Positions 12,195 to 23,768 of a stretch of DNA of 64,000 nt are shown piece by piece. Numbering within the stretch: the first letter of the stretch is position 1; every line of letters starts with the position of its first letter. The position numbers and the translations under genes are program-made. The notes beneath the pieces were generated by a model. That model was given only the letters and a program-made list of their open reading frames with translations. It was not told the DNA's origin and searched no databases. Source of the stretch: Rhina ancylostomus (Eukaryota); contig JARFYF010000053.1 of the NCBI GenBank assembly GCA_030265395.1, positions 19,043,009-19,107,008 on the forward strand, read 5' to 3'.

Positions 12195-13535
12195 TATGCT
12201 CTCAGGGAACTATTGACCTGTTGCACAAACATCAGCAGTTGGGAAAATGTTGGAATCTCAAATGAAGGATGTAATAACAGACCACCTGAAAAAGAATAAT
12301 AAGTTTGAACAGAGGTAGCATGGACTTATAGATGGGAAATCATGTTTGACTAGTTCATTGAAATTCTTTGAGGATGTGAAGCAAAGATAAGATGGAACCA
12401 GTATATGTGGTGCATTTAGATTTCCAGAAGGCTTTCGAAAAGGCCCCCCACAGGAGGATGGTCAACATGGTTAAAGCACTTGGAATGGGGGGTAATGTAT
12501 TGACAGGGATTAAGACATGGTTAACAGACAGAAAGTAAAGATTGGGAGTAGAGGCGGGTCTTTGTCAGGTTGGGAATTTATGACTTGAGAGGTACTCAGA
12601 CCTTGATGCTTGGGCTCCAAGTAGTTACAAAATAAATCAGTGATGTGTCCAAGGGGACCATATATCATATTTTCAAGTTTGCTAATAATATGATATTGGA
12701 TGGGATTGTGAACAGTGAGGAGGATGTAAAGAGACTTCAAGCGATTCTAAGCAAGATTATTGGGCAAGAACATAAAAGATTTAAAATAATGCGGAAAAAT
12801 ATGAGGTTATTCATTTTGATGTACACTGAAGAAAAGCAGGGATTTTTTTTAAGTGATAACAGATTGGGAAATACTGAAGTTCAAAGGGACTTTGTGTCTT
12901 TGTTCACATGTCACTGAATGCCAACATGCCAGTGCAACAAAGGCAAGTAGTAACCTATCGTTTTTTGAGAGAGGATTTGAGTAGAGACATGCAGATGCCT
13001 TGCTGTACTTGTATAGGTTTTGGTAAGACTGCATAGTTTTGATTGTGTTATCTAAAGCAGTATAACATGTGTAACCAACTAGTTCTAGGGATGGCAGTTT
13101 GCCATATGAAGAGTGATTGAGTAGACTGGACCTGTATTTACTAGAGTTTACAAGAATGAGAGGAGATCAAATTGAAACTTACAAAATCCTTACAGGACTC
13201 AACAGGATAAATGCAATGAGGATGTCCCTCCCGTGTAAGGACACCAGAATCAGAGGTTGCAGATTCAGAATGAGGTGTTGGCCGTTTGGGACTGAAATGA
13301 GGAGAAACCTCTTCACACAGACAGTAGTGAATCTTTGGAATTCTCTACCATGGAGAACTGTGTGGGGTTCATTCAATGAGTTCATTCAATACAGAGACAG
13401 ATTTCTGCACATCAGGGGATAAAAAGATAGTGCAGGAAAATGGAACTGAGGTAAAAGAACAGCAGTGATCTTGATGAATGGTGGTGCAGGCTCAGAGGGC
13501 AAGGAGGCCTTCTCCTGTTCCTATTTCTTGTCTTT
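12195..13535 (+). mobile_element. Decayed CR1 LINE, ~1.3 kb of ORF2 3' part, nested in an older LINE
   Basis: HG...GKSCLT, VVHLDFQKAFEK.PHRRM, IFKFANN (decayed FADD), RMRGDQIETYKIL, RRNLFTQTVVNLWNSLP, then a 3' tail. Confidence 0.9.
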
Positions 13536-13544
13536 ATGTTGTTA

Positions 13545-14110
13545 GGTTTTTCTTGGCTGCAACACTGGAAGACCTTATTTGAAAAAATCTTTGGTAAGTT
13601 GCTCCAGTGCATCTTGTAAATGGTGTGCTTTGTAATCACATTGTGCTGCTGGCAGAAAGAATGGGAGTATTAGGTGCCAACTGTCATACTAATCAATTAT
13701 GCTGCGTTGTCATGGATGATGCCAGGCTTCTTCAGTGTTGCTGGAGTTAGTAAGGCCAAATCAAATTATTCTACAGCACTTCTGACTTGTGGTTTGTCGA
13801 TGGAGAAAGACTTAGGAGAATCATGAGGTAAGTCATTTTTCACAGGATACACAGTCACTTGTCCTTGTGGTCAATTTTCTGGTCAGTGGTGGCACCCAGG
13901 ATGTTGAAAGTGGATGATTCAGTGAATGTCATGTGGAGGTGGTTAGGCTTCCCCTTCACACAGGCAGCAACATCCCACTGATGCTATAATGTCACTTATC
14001 AGTCTAATCGTAAATATTGACCAGATTGAGCTGCATGCCAACTTCATTTTTTGAGGATGCGTGACTGAAACAGTGCAAAAATCTGCAAACATCCCACTTC
14101 TAGCCTTATG
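13545..14110 (-). mobile_element. Old CR1-like LINE ORF2 fragment
   Basis: Minus strand: KPQVRSAVE...ATLKKPGIIHDNAA and TIYKMHWSNLPK. Confidence 0.6.
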
Positions 14111-14849
14111 GATGTAAAATCCTCGGATTGCACTTCAAAAGTATGTTATTGTCAGTCAGCATTTTTGGATGTTTTCAGCTCATCGAAAGTGCTGTCATAA
14201 ATGTGTATTTGTCCTTTGGCAGTGAAAAAGGGAGCACATTAAAATTAAAACAACATGGAAATAGTACTCTCACCATTTAATTTTATATTATATACCTAAA
14301 TAAAATTCATAGCTCAAAAGGGGTGTCACACTTTATTTCGCTCAGCTATTTTGTTATCTGGAAATAGGACTTTTTGCGGACTGGCTTTGCAGATGGTGCA
14401 TGGTTTATCGAATTAACCTTTATCTTAATTACAATAATCTGCATTATATGTTATTCTCTTCTTTGGCACTGAGTACGTCAAACATAGATCAGAACTTTAA
14501 TATATTTATTAATGATTAAACAAGCAGAATCAGCAATCCTCCCAAAATGTGAAATAGTCAAATATAATTATAATCAACAATGTGCCCAAGAGATTAAACC
14601 TTCTTTGATTCCCTGATAATTGAGCCCCTGGAAAGTCAGATCCTACCTAAAATCTTCTAGTGTTCCTTGCAGCTCCTATTTAAGTTGTGCATCAATGGAG
14701 TGTCTGTAGCAGAGGGCAGACACTTTATATTATCTGCCAGAGAATTTAAAAATATAATGATCTTATGTTTCAAAACTATAAAGGAAAACCATTCAACACA
14801 AAATAATAATAAATTTCATTTCATATATTGTAGTTGACAAAATAAACTT

Positions 14850-15100
14850 CAAACATAGGATGAGAGGTTTGTCATATTGAGAGACGCCTGATAGGTTTGT
14901 ATTCTTTGAAGAAAAATGAGGGTGATCTTATTGAAAGATAAAAGATCCTCAGGCGGGCATATCAGGGTAGACGTCAAGACATTTTCACCAGCGGGACAAT
15001 CTTGAATGAACTGACATAGTTACAAGAAAAGGGACTGGTCATTTAAAACCAAGGTTCATAGAGATTTTTTCTCACAGATGGTAGAGAATCTCTGGAATTT
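14850..15100 (+). mobile_element. CR1 ORF2 3' fragment
   Basis: GDLIE..KIL and FFSQMVENLWN motifs. Confidence 0.7.
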
Positions 15101-17014
15101 ATGCTTTCATTGCCTCACTCTTCCTAATTTCTGTGGTTTCTATCAGCCCTGCAATTCTCCAACTGGTTCTTGTGCTTCACCGATTCCTTTGCCTTACTGC
15201 TGGTATCTGGGTACTCCAGGGCCCACACCTCAAGCTTGACAGTTTCTGACCCAATCGTTTACGCAAAAAAAATTGCTGTTCTGGAAATCTAAAATAAAAA
15301 TAGAAAATGCTGACAATNNNNNNNNNNNNNNNNNNNNNNNNNNNNNNNNNNNNNNAAATTTCAGATGAGTGAATCATCTGAAGAACTTGCAGACGCACAT
15401 TGCATTTCATCTATGCAATGAGCAAAACTTTCTTCTCTATTCACACCTTCAACTTTTATCCTGCAAAAAAGTAGGTTAATGACCCCTTTTGTTTGAATTA
15501 CTATTTATAAAAAATACTGAAATGAACAAATAGGAATGAAATTCCTGTGCTTTTCCAGGCAGCAGACAATTAATAAAGGTGTGGTGCTACTGAATTCCAA
15601 GTGAAGTCATTTTCACCCTCCTGTGAACACTAGTAAGAGTTTCAGTGAAACTCAGTTTTATAGATGTATGTATGAATCACTCCATGGTGAGTTAATCTCC
15701 AACAATACAAAGGCCACCCATCTATAAAATGATTCTCAGATCACTCACATGTGCACAGTAAAATGCCAAGGAGCTAAGCACAGGAGTTAGTTTCACCTTC
15801 CTTTTCAAATCCATTTCCACAGTAAGACAATGTGTCATATAAGAAAGAAAGAACCAAGTGTATGTTTCTCATGTGCCATCTGATCACACAGAGTTGAAAC
15901 ATTTTAGACATTAATTGAGGATTAAAGATCCTCATTTCTAAAGCAGCCATCTGTTTCACTGAGGAGTAATCAAAACTGATAAGTGCCAAATAAATAAGAT
16001 TTCTCTGGTCCTCAAATTGGCTTCACAGAGCCTTTTTGCTAGCAAATACCCACAGGTGAGGAGCTAGTATCATGACAAATTTGTCATTGAGCTATCTTTA
16101 GATGATTGATTAATTTTTAGAGATGGGAGATTATACATTCATTCCTGGGGGGAACCCAATTTGTGGACAGTATTGGCCTGGAAATTATGGAACCAACCTG
16201 CCTGACTAATATAAATGGGAGGGAAATCAGGATTCTTGGACTCAGGTTTTCCTGAAATGTCTGGTCAGAGTTTCAGGCCACTTGTCAAATCACTGACATG
16301 ATCTCATTGCAAACATGTGTTACAGTGCTTTGACTAAGTTTTTGTATGATTCAATAAAAATGAGTTGTGAGTGGTCATCCTAAAAGCTCAATGAGTAAAA
16401 CATAGTACACTACTTAAGCAGACCAGGCTCATCCTCAGTCTGTGCATTGGCTGAACTCAAGTTGACAACAGGCATTTCTATTCCAATTGATCTCAGTGTC
16501 TATGGGTTGGGAGGAGGGCAGGAATTAGTCTTGGTTCATAACTGATTTTCTAGTGAATGGCCCATGCTCACACTTTGATTTAAAATAGGGTCCAGTACCT
16601 CTTCAGGGAATAAGAAAAAGAGACTAACAGCAACTTTTCATTAACACTTACATGCTGAAAATAAAAACAAATGGAGAAGTTATTGTTTTCAGTAATCCTT
16701 GACCAGTTCTTTTCCATCAGGTGTGTACATATTCCTGATCAAAAGTATACCACTGGCACTTCCAAGGATATACATTTACACTGTATAGTTTAAATTAGTC
16801 ACGGTTCTGCTTTTAGTACATCTTCATTCATGGTGAAAACATACACTTGAATTGAAATCCAATTAAGACAACATTAAAGTAAGCCTTGGACTTCTGGGAA
16901 CATGCTGATGTTTCCCAGTAATACATTACAATCAATATTGTACATTTAAAATGTAGTCAGTGTTACACTGGGGGAAATTCAGCATCCAGTTTCTACACAG
17001 AGATTAGTTCCTAC

Positions 17015-17403
17015 ATTTTTCTCTCTCTCTGCAGGTAGTGCCTGATCCGCTAGACATTTTCAGTATTTTCCTTTAGGTTTCAGGTCTCAGCCACAGCTCT
17101 GATCTGCATTTCACATCTTTTACATGTCCCTTTGTTTGTTCTCCCACTTTCTAACTGTCCTCATTTCCCTATCAGCACAACAGCTCCACAAACAGCATGA
17201 CCACCACAGCCCCGGCCTTGCTCTATTAGGGATATTTCTTTTGCTCTGTCTATCTCTCCTCCAGCCTCTCCGCAATATGAAACCAATTTGTTTTCTCACT
17301 TAAAATAAAAACTTGTTTTCTCACGTTCTCAGTTCTGGAGAAGAGTCCTAAACTCAAAACTTTAACAGAAGCTACCTGACCTGCTGAGTGTTTTCAGCAT
17401 TTT
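17015..17403 (+). mobile_element. Tandem (direct) terminal fragments of a second, older PLE family
   Basis: Two CCTGA(T/C)C.GCT...TTTTCAG(T/C)ATTTT units. The second is preceded by a decayed hammerhead CAGTTCTGGAGAAGAGTCC...CAAAACTTTAAC. Confidence 0.55.
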
Positions 17404-17457
17404 TGGTATTGGTATAGGTTTATTATTGTCACTTGTACTGAGGTACAGTGAAAAACT
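17404..17457 (-). mobile_element. Rex/Babar-like LINE/SINE 3' tail running into an assembly gap
   Basis: TTGGTATTGGT..GTTTATTATTGTCAC..GTAC.GAGGTACAGTGAAAAACT, also at 47641 and in reverse at 35845-35940. Confidence 0.65.
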
Positions 17458-17599
17458 NNNNNNNNNNNNNNNNNNNNNNNNNNNNNNNNNNNNNNNNNNN
17501 NNNNNNNNNNNNNNNNNNNNNNNNNNNNNNNNNNNNNNNNNNNNNNNNNNNNNNNNNATGACACCTTTGTCCGAAGGAAGAGTTCTGCCACCATCTATT

Positions 17600-17710
17600 A
17601 GGTTATGGAGAGATTGTGTAAACTCAACGCAGACAGCATCCGAGGTCAGGATCAACCTAGGTCCTTCAAGTTATGAAGCAACAGCACTAACTGCTGCACC
17701 ACCATACCGC
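17600..17710 (-). mobile_element. tRNA-derived V-SINE head
   Basis: Reverse complement GGTATGGTGGTGCAGCAGTTAGTG (A box)...GGTTGATCC (B box)...CTGTCTGCGTTGAGTTTACAC. Confidence 0.7.
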
Positions 17711-18284
17711 TCCCTCTTGACCTGTAAGAAAATGGCAGCCTACTCATAAACAGCCCCAATAAATCACAATATGATAATGACAAACAAGTTCACTGATGCT
17801 GGAAGAAGGATAAGTGTTGGACAACAGAATTGCAAATAATACCATGTTATTCTTTTTTACTTGTACCTGAGTAATCAAGTAAAGCCTCATTTAATAAATT
17901 GTAACCTCCTCCCAGCTTTGCCTTCCCTCAAGGGCTGTCAGGGACATTTCAAAAGCAGGTCTTGTCCACTCCACTACCAATTTCCCAGTTGTACTTCAAT
18001 CCTTACAGCCCAACTTGAGGATGACAAGGGTCAGTGAGTTAGTCCCTCTGCATCCTGCTCAGCTAAGTACAAGCATTCAGGGTTGCAGGTGGAATTCCTG
18101 GCAGTGTCTCAGGCCCAGCACCGTCCAGCTCAATGTTAATTTGTGTGGTAAGTTGTTATATGTTGTGTGTTACTGTGGCTCAGTGTTTATTATTGGTGTT
18201 GTGGAATCTGCTGCACTTAAGTTCACCCTTGATTACCCTTGGTTGTCTCAACTGTGAGTTAATTAGGAATATACCACACTTACC

Positions 18285-18760
18285 TTTCAGAAGGCTGTGG
18301 ATTTGAATCCTGTGCCAGAAACTAAAGCAAGAAGTCTAAGCATACAGGCATTCTCTGTGTTGCCCCTCCAACAATTCAGTACTGCCTCACATAGCCGTTC
18401 TTCTGATAATTTCTTCTGAAATGAACATTTCCCTCCATAGATGCTGCCTGACCAGCTGAGTTCCTCCAGCATTTTGTGTTCGTTGCTCTAAATTTCCAGC
18501 ACCTGCAGTCTTTCTTGTGTCTCTATTCTGATAATGCATACGGCCATGTGGAAGTCCTGGATTGCAGGAGGTGTTAATCTGAGGTTTTATCTGTTTATTT
18601 AAGGAGTTAAAAAATTAGCATGGTACTTTTTGGAATTCTGCTCAGTGTTCCTGACCAATATTAATCCTTCTTCTCGCATTAGTAAAGCCATTAATCATTA
18701 TTGTGGTACTGTTTAAGGGAGCTTGCTGTGAGTAGATCGACTGCCATGTTTCTTACAATC
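18285..18760 (+). mobile_element. Decayed Deu-domain SINE (SacSINE1/AmnSINE1-like) interrupted by a PLE fragment
   Basis: TCAGAAGGCTGTGGATTTGAATCC head; GTGTTCCTGACCAATATTAATCCTTC; GGGAGCTTGCTGTG...CTGCCATGTTTCTTACA tail. Confidence 0.55.
18411..18525 (+). mobile_element. PLE terminal fragment with 10-bp target-site duplication
   Basis: CCCTCCATAGATGCTGCCTGACCAGCTGAGTTCCTCCAGCA...TGTGTCTCT flanked by TTCTGATAAT at 18401-18410 and 18526-18535. Confidence 0.8.
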
Positions 18761-18769
18761 AGGAGGAAG

Positions 18770-19105
18770 TGACGTGGTGGTGCGGCAGGTAGTGTTGCTG
18801 TCTCACAGCTCCAGAAACCCAGGCTTGATCCTGACCTCATGTGCTGTCTGTATGGAGTTTTCACATTCCTGCAGGTGCTTCAGTTCCCTCCCACAAACCA
18901 AAGGCATGCTGGTATTTTTATTAGTTATCATAAATTATTCCTCAGTGTTGGTTAATGACAAAGAGAGTCAAAGTGAAGTTGATGGGCATGTCTGAGAGAG
19001 AATAAATTGCAAGGAAGTAGGGAACGGGGGGAAGTCTAATGGGATTGCTCACCTAGGAACTGGCATGGATCTGATAGTCCCAATGTCCTCCTTCTGTGTC
19101 ATTAT
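18770..19105 (+). mobile_element. V-SINE with CR1-like tail
   Basis: GTGGTGGTGCGGCAGGTAG...GGCTTGATCC head, V domain CTGTCTGTATGGAGTTT..., tail GGCATGGATCTGAT..CCAATGTCCTCCTTCTGTG. Confidence 0.75.
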
Positions 19106-19424
19106 AGGAAAAGAGTGTCTAGTTCAGAAGATCTTAATGCACTATAAACTGTTTTGGAACATCTTGAGGTTATTGACATCAGACCTCATTGATAATAGTT
19201 GATGCAAGCACAAAGTAAACTATTTGATACTTTCCCAGGAATAGTAATTCATCAGTCACAAAGAAAGAATCTAAAATCTTCAATGAATATTGACTTCCAC
19301 AGCTGCCAGCTGTCACACCTGGTGGAAATTAGAATTTAGTTTATTTGTTGGTTGATAACCAGATGAAAATTTCACAATAGGATGCTTTCATCTTGGCTGA
19401 CAATACATTACAGGCATTTAACAT

Positions 19425-19545
19425 CATTTGACAAAGGGTTTTCTCTCTGAAACATTAACTTCATTTCTCTTACCAGAAATTGTACCTGACCTTCTGAGAT
19501 TCTTCTGTTTTTATTTCAGAATTCCAGAGGCTGCAGTTTTCTGAT
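19425..19545 (+). mobile_element. Older-family PLE terminal fragment
   Basis: TGACAAAGGG...CTGAAACATTAACT...CCTGACCTTCTGAG...TTTATTTCAGAATTCCAG..GCTGCAG. Confidence 0.6.
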
Positions 19546-20269
19546 TTTCCTTTACATGGAGGAGTTTGTCATTTCTACATGGAGGTATTATGCCTGGAGA
19601 AGATTTGTGATTGCAAAAAGAGTCCTTTGCGAAATACAAAGCAGTATAAAGTGGAATCATAATGAATCTTGATACAGCAGTATTAGAGCCATTTCCAAAA
19701 CAGAATTCACAATGAGTTAATCTGATTTCTTTTAGCAGATTAGGTTTTGACAGTTTGTTTGTAAAAGCCTGCTGGTGCTTCAAGCTTTTTTTAATTCATA
19801 AGGTCAAAGGGGCTATGTGGAGTCCATTAGTTAATTAAGAATAATCTTAATGTATTAATTCATTGCTGTGGCAATCTGCTCCAATATTTGGGTATTTTGT
19901 TATCATTTGCATTGTTTGTGAAGGCTGCAGAAGAGAGTGGTGGAATTATCAAATGCCTTTTTCATCCACTGATTTTATTGACCTGAAGTCTTAATTTAAT
20001 CAAGAAACCCATTAACCTTAATAATAAGACAAATGAAGAGGTAAAGTGTACCAGCTTACAGTTAAGTATATTTGCCAAATGTGTTGGGAAAGTCAAGAAA
20101 ATCCCAGTAATACTTCAGCTTTCATTGAGGTATTAGCCATGCAGTATGACATTTCAATTACAATGAAATTGTTTTTAACAAGAGATTAAACAATAATCCC
20201 CTGAAATTAATATTTGTGGAATTTTTGAGGGGTAAACTCCATGCCAATTTATTCAAAAGAGATATTCCT

Positions 20270-20445
20270 CAACAATGTCCGAAATAACTGATGAGTAACT
20301 TCCCGATTTTGGTATATAATTCCCCTGGAATTAAACACTACCATCCTTTCAGCTTTCCTAATACTGGTTGTACCTGTATACCAGATTTTTGTCAATCAAA
20401 CATTAGAGTATCCAGATCCCTTTGCATCTCAACAATCTCTCACTG
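20270..20445 (-). mobile_element. Highly decayed CR1 fragment
   Basis: Minus strand V.MQRDLD.L...VQPVLGK...V.F..RGI.Y resembles CR1 ORF2. Confidence 0.5.
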
Positions 20446-20703
20446 TTCAGATAATACACCTGTTTTTTTGTTGGCATTTCTCATGACCTCAGAACATAGT
20501 TAAAATGTAATGATTTAATGAGATACTCTTCAGACTGTTCCATATTTTATTCATATTGCAGTTGGGCAAGTGGTTAGTTCTGAATTTGCAGCTTATAATC
20601 TAAAACCATGATGTCTTGTGTAAAATTATTCTTATACAAAAATAAAATCTGTTCTTTCATTTTGCTGTACTGATTTGCATTCTTAGCAACCCAAACAACA
20701 ATC

Positions 20704-20776
20704 TGTCATGGTTCTGAGTTCTGGTCCTCAATTTGGCTCCATTAATGCCTTGTTGTCCAGCACATGGATTCCATGC
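20704..20776. repeat. Young TG-starting repeat (possible LTR start), truncated by a gap
   Basis: 70/73 identical to the sequence starting at 47695; both begin TGTCATGG. Confidence 0.75.
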
Positions 20777-20809
20777 NNNNNNNNNNNNNNNNNNNNNNNN
20801 NNNNNNNNN

Positions 20810-20912
20810 GGAGTAACAAACAAGAGGCCACATGAACTCAGCAGTTCAGGCAGCATCTACGGAGGGAAATGAACAGTCAATATTTCGGGTCGAGGCCCTT
20901 CATCCAGACTGA
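20810..20912 (-). mobile_element. PLE terminal fragment with hammerhead-like motif
   Basis: Minus: CAGTC TGGATGA A GGGCCTCGACCC GAAA TATT GACTG. Confidence 0.75.
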
Positions 20913-21534
20913 TTTTTTTTTGCTAATGTTGGTCGCTGATGAACTAAGTGCCCCTATCAGTTATCAACATTAGAACCCTGGAGTTCTGTGTTCAAGCATG
21001 AATGCTGCAGTGAATCAATGCTCGACAGGAAACCATTCAGCTCTTAAAAGGGTCTATCTGTGTTCTAGTCATATCCTGCCTCGCCATTCCCCTTGAAGGT
21101 AATTATCAGAATATTGCTTAGGATAGATTTGGAAGTTTGTTGGATGGATTACAGACATCAAAAATCCTGAGTGGAATGGTGACCAACATTCCTCAACGTG
21201 AATGGTACAAGCTTATTACTATAATCCTCCAGACCTTAACATGGACAAAGACCACTTCTATTCCAACCATAATTCCACAACTTGGCAGGGCAAAGCTTTG
21301 GCAGCAACTGCTTGTCTTTCTGGAATCCAGGCAAGTTGGATACCATATACTAGATAAATGAAGATTTATAATATACCTATAATACCAAACCAGCAGGTAA
21401 CACCTTCCAGAATTCATTGTTCCAGGCACTTCATCTTCTCATCAAGCTTTTGACGTTGTGGAATGACCTATAGAGGGTCAGATGTATTAGCTACACTAGG
21501 CTATCAAGGACAAAGTCCAATGTCAATGAAAATG

Positions 21535-21640
21535 TAACAACTGCAGATGCTGAAAATCTGAAATAAAAACAAAATTAACTATTTCCTTGTTCATAGATGC
21601 TGCCTGACCCGCTGAGTTTTTCCAGCACTTTCTGTTTTTA
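21535..21640. mobile_element. Short inverted pair of older-family PLE termini
   Basis: ACTGCAGATGCTGAAAATCTGAAATAAAAAC, then in opposite orientation ATAGATGCTGCCTGACCCGCTGAGT..TTCTGTTTTTA. Confidence 0.7.
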
Positions 21641-23154
21641 TTGCAAAGAAGCCATTTGATCCAGATTCTTGTGTCTTTGGCCAATGTAAAGTTTGATGAT
21701 TTTTCACATTCCTATATAACAAAATATTATTGTATCGTGCCTGCTTGTTTGCAACTGTTTCCTATTTTCCCCCAAATACAACTTCCAGTTTGGATCACAG
21801 AAATCGCAGACAGGAGGCCCTTTTGTTATACAGTTACAAGGAACAATGTAAACCTTGAATGGCATGGGTTTAATATTAATTGGCAATGTTGAGATGAGAA
21901 AAGCAAGGTTGCCTTTTGTTTTCTCTCAGTGTACCTCCAAGGAACTGTCCTGGCTCACCCAGAGCTATCCCACAGATGTCTTCAGCAATATTTTCAAATC
22001 CTGCTCTTAAGCTGTGACTGGGAGTATTTGGCACTATATCCCCGGATCAAGATGGAAAATGGTATGCACTAGATACGGTGGCAAATTCATTTGCAGGAGA
22101 GTATCATGACTCCAATTTGGAAGAAAGTTTATTGCAGCTAAAAGTCATAAATTAAAAAAAATACAGAACATCATCAGAACTATTAAATATAATTAAAAAA
22201 TCCCATTAATAAGATCAGAGACAATTTTATTTGTATCCAGATGACCTGAATTTAATCTACTAGCTGCACATCTGGTAATATTTACATACATCTGCTTGAT
22301 TAATTTACTGGAGGTAAAACTTTCTTCCAGAAACACATAATATGCCCGTCTCCAGCTGGCCTGTGAAGAGGTCTAAAATGATTTGGCGGGTTTGTGTCCC
22401 CTTGATTGACAAACATTTAGTCCACGAAACATGGGGTGAGTATGTGATTTGGGCTGCATGCCGTGAAGGAAGCTCTATTGACCCAAAAATGGCTTACCAT
22501 CTGGTTTCTGCATACACACATTATCATCGGAGCAAAAGCAAATACAGTCAGTGGAACTTTGAAAATGCAGTCATCATTTTAAGGTGGAATAGGGTGGCAT
22601 ATGATTTCCGTGCACTCGAGATAAAACCATCGGAACGCAAAGGTAAGTTTTTTTTCATTGAGGAATGGGAATTAATTGGCACAGAAACACAATTGTTTGG
22701 CAGAAAACTAACTTGGACTTCTTTTCACACCAGCCTACTCTGCAAAAGCCCTGAATTTGATCCAAAGTATCTGATAATTTACAAGTTATACTTCTGATTC
22801 TAGCTCCAAGAACTTCTGATGGAAACTTTGTATTCAGGGTCCTTCTTCACTCACTTCTCTTTGAGTATAGGCAGAAAGGCCTAGAGCCTGTGAGTGGTGG
22901 CTGGTTGGGTACATGGGCTTTATTGATGTGTTCATTGCCTTTAACCTGTGTAAGTAAAACACCTAATGATATTTTGAGTCCCTCTAGCATTGATTTTGAG
23001 TCCTCTTTTTGCAAAACTGAACTTCAATAAATGTATCAGCTCTGCTTTGGCAGCTTTAGAAGGTCATTTCCTACAAATGGCTGAACCAGCAATCTGTAAA
23101 TGGAGAACTTGAGGAGGTATTTATATTGAAGTAAGTATTTCAGATAGAGTGGGC

Positions 23155-23443
23155 AGGCATGGTAGTGTAGTGGTTAGTGTAACTCTTTACAGCGCCAGTG
23201 ACCCGAGTTCAATTCTGGCCACTATCTGTAAGGAGTTTGTACATTGCCCTGTGTCTGTGTGGGTTTCCTCTGGATGCTCTGCTTTCCTCCCACATTCCAA
23301 AAAGGTGTAAAGGTTGGGAAGCTGTGGGCATGTTATGTTGGCGCCGGAAGCGTGGCGATACTTGCGGGCTGCCCCCAGAACACTATGCAAAAGATGTACA
23401 TCAAAACACACAGTGAAATACATGTGACTAGTAAAGAAATCTT
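23155..23443 (+). mobile_element. tRNA-derived V-SINE with Rex-like tail (contains a micro-inversion)
   Basis: A box TAGTGTAGTGG, B box GAGTTCAATTC, V domain CTGTAAGGAGTTTGTAC...GGGTTTCCTC...TTCCTCCCACATTCCAAA. Colinear with 51968-52250. Confidence 0.9.
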
Positions 23444-23724
23444 GTAGGAAAAATAGCAATGTTTTCCTCCTATCTGCTGAAGTGTCTCGCAACATTGATG
23501 GCACCATTTGCCTCTCACAATCAACTTTTCAATTGCCTCTTCTTTCTTCATCATCCCCTCCTGATTGCCCCTTTAGTCCCCATCACTCCTTGCTCATGAT
23601 CGATTCCTGCACCCACCTGTTACCTGTTACAGGTGACATGACAACATTCAAATCCTGTTTCCTGACTTTGTTTCTAAGGCAAATTTGACCTCATTATTAT
23701 TATTTAATGTTATTACTCCCCTGT

Positions 23725-23768
23725 CTCAAACATTTTATATTTATGGCCTCAAACATTTTATATTTATG
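23725..23768. repeat. 21-bp direct tandem duplication
   Basis: CTCAAACATTTTATATTTATG at 23725-23745 and 23748-23768. Confidence 0.9.

Noticed and set aside
16072-16087. Perfect 16-bp palindrome ATGACAAATTTGTCAT
   Set aside because: 8-bp AT-rich arms are expected by chance in a window this size.
23155-23220. tRNA gene
   Set aside because: The A and B boxes belong to a SINE head continuing into a V domain; no full cloverleaf.
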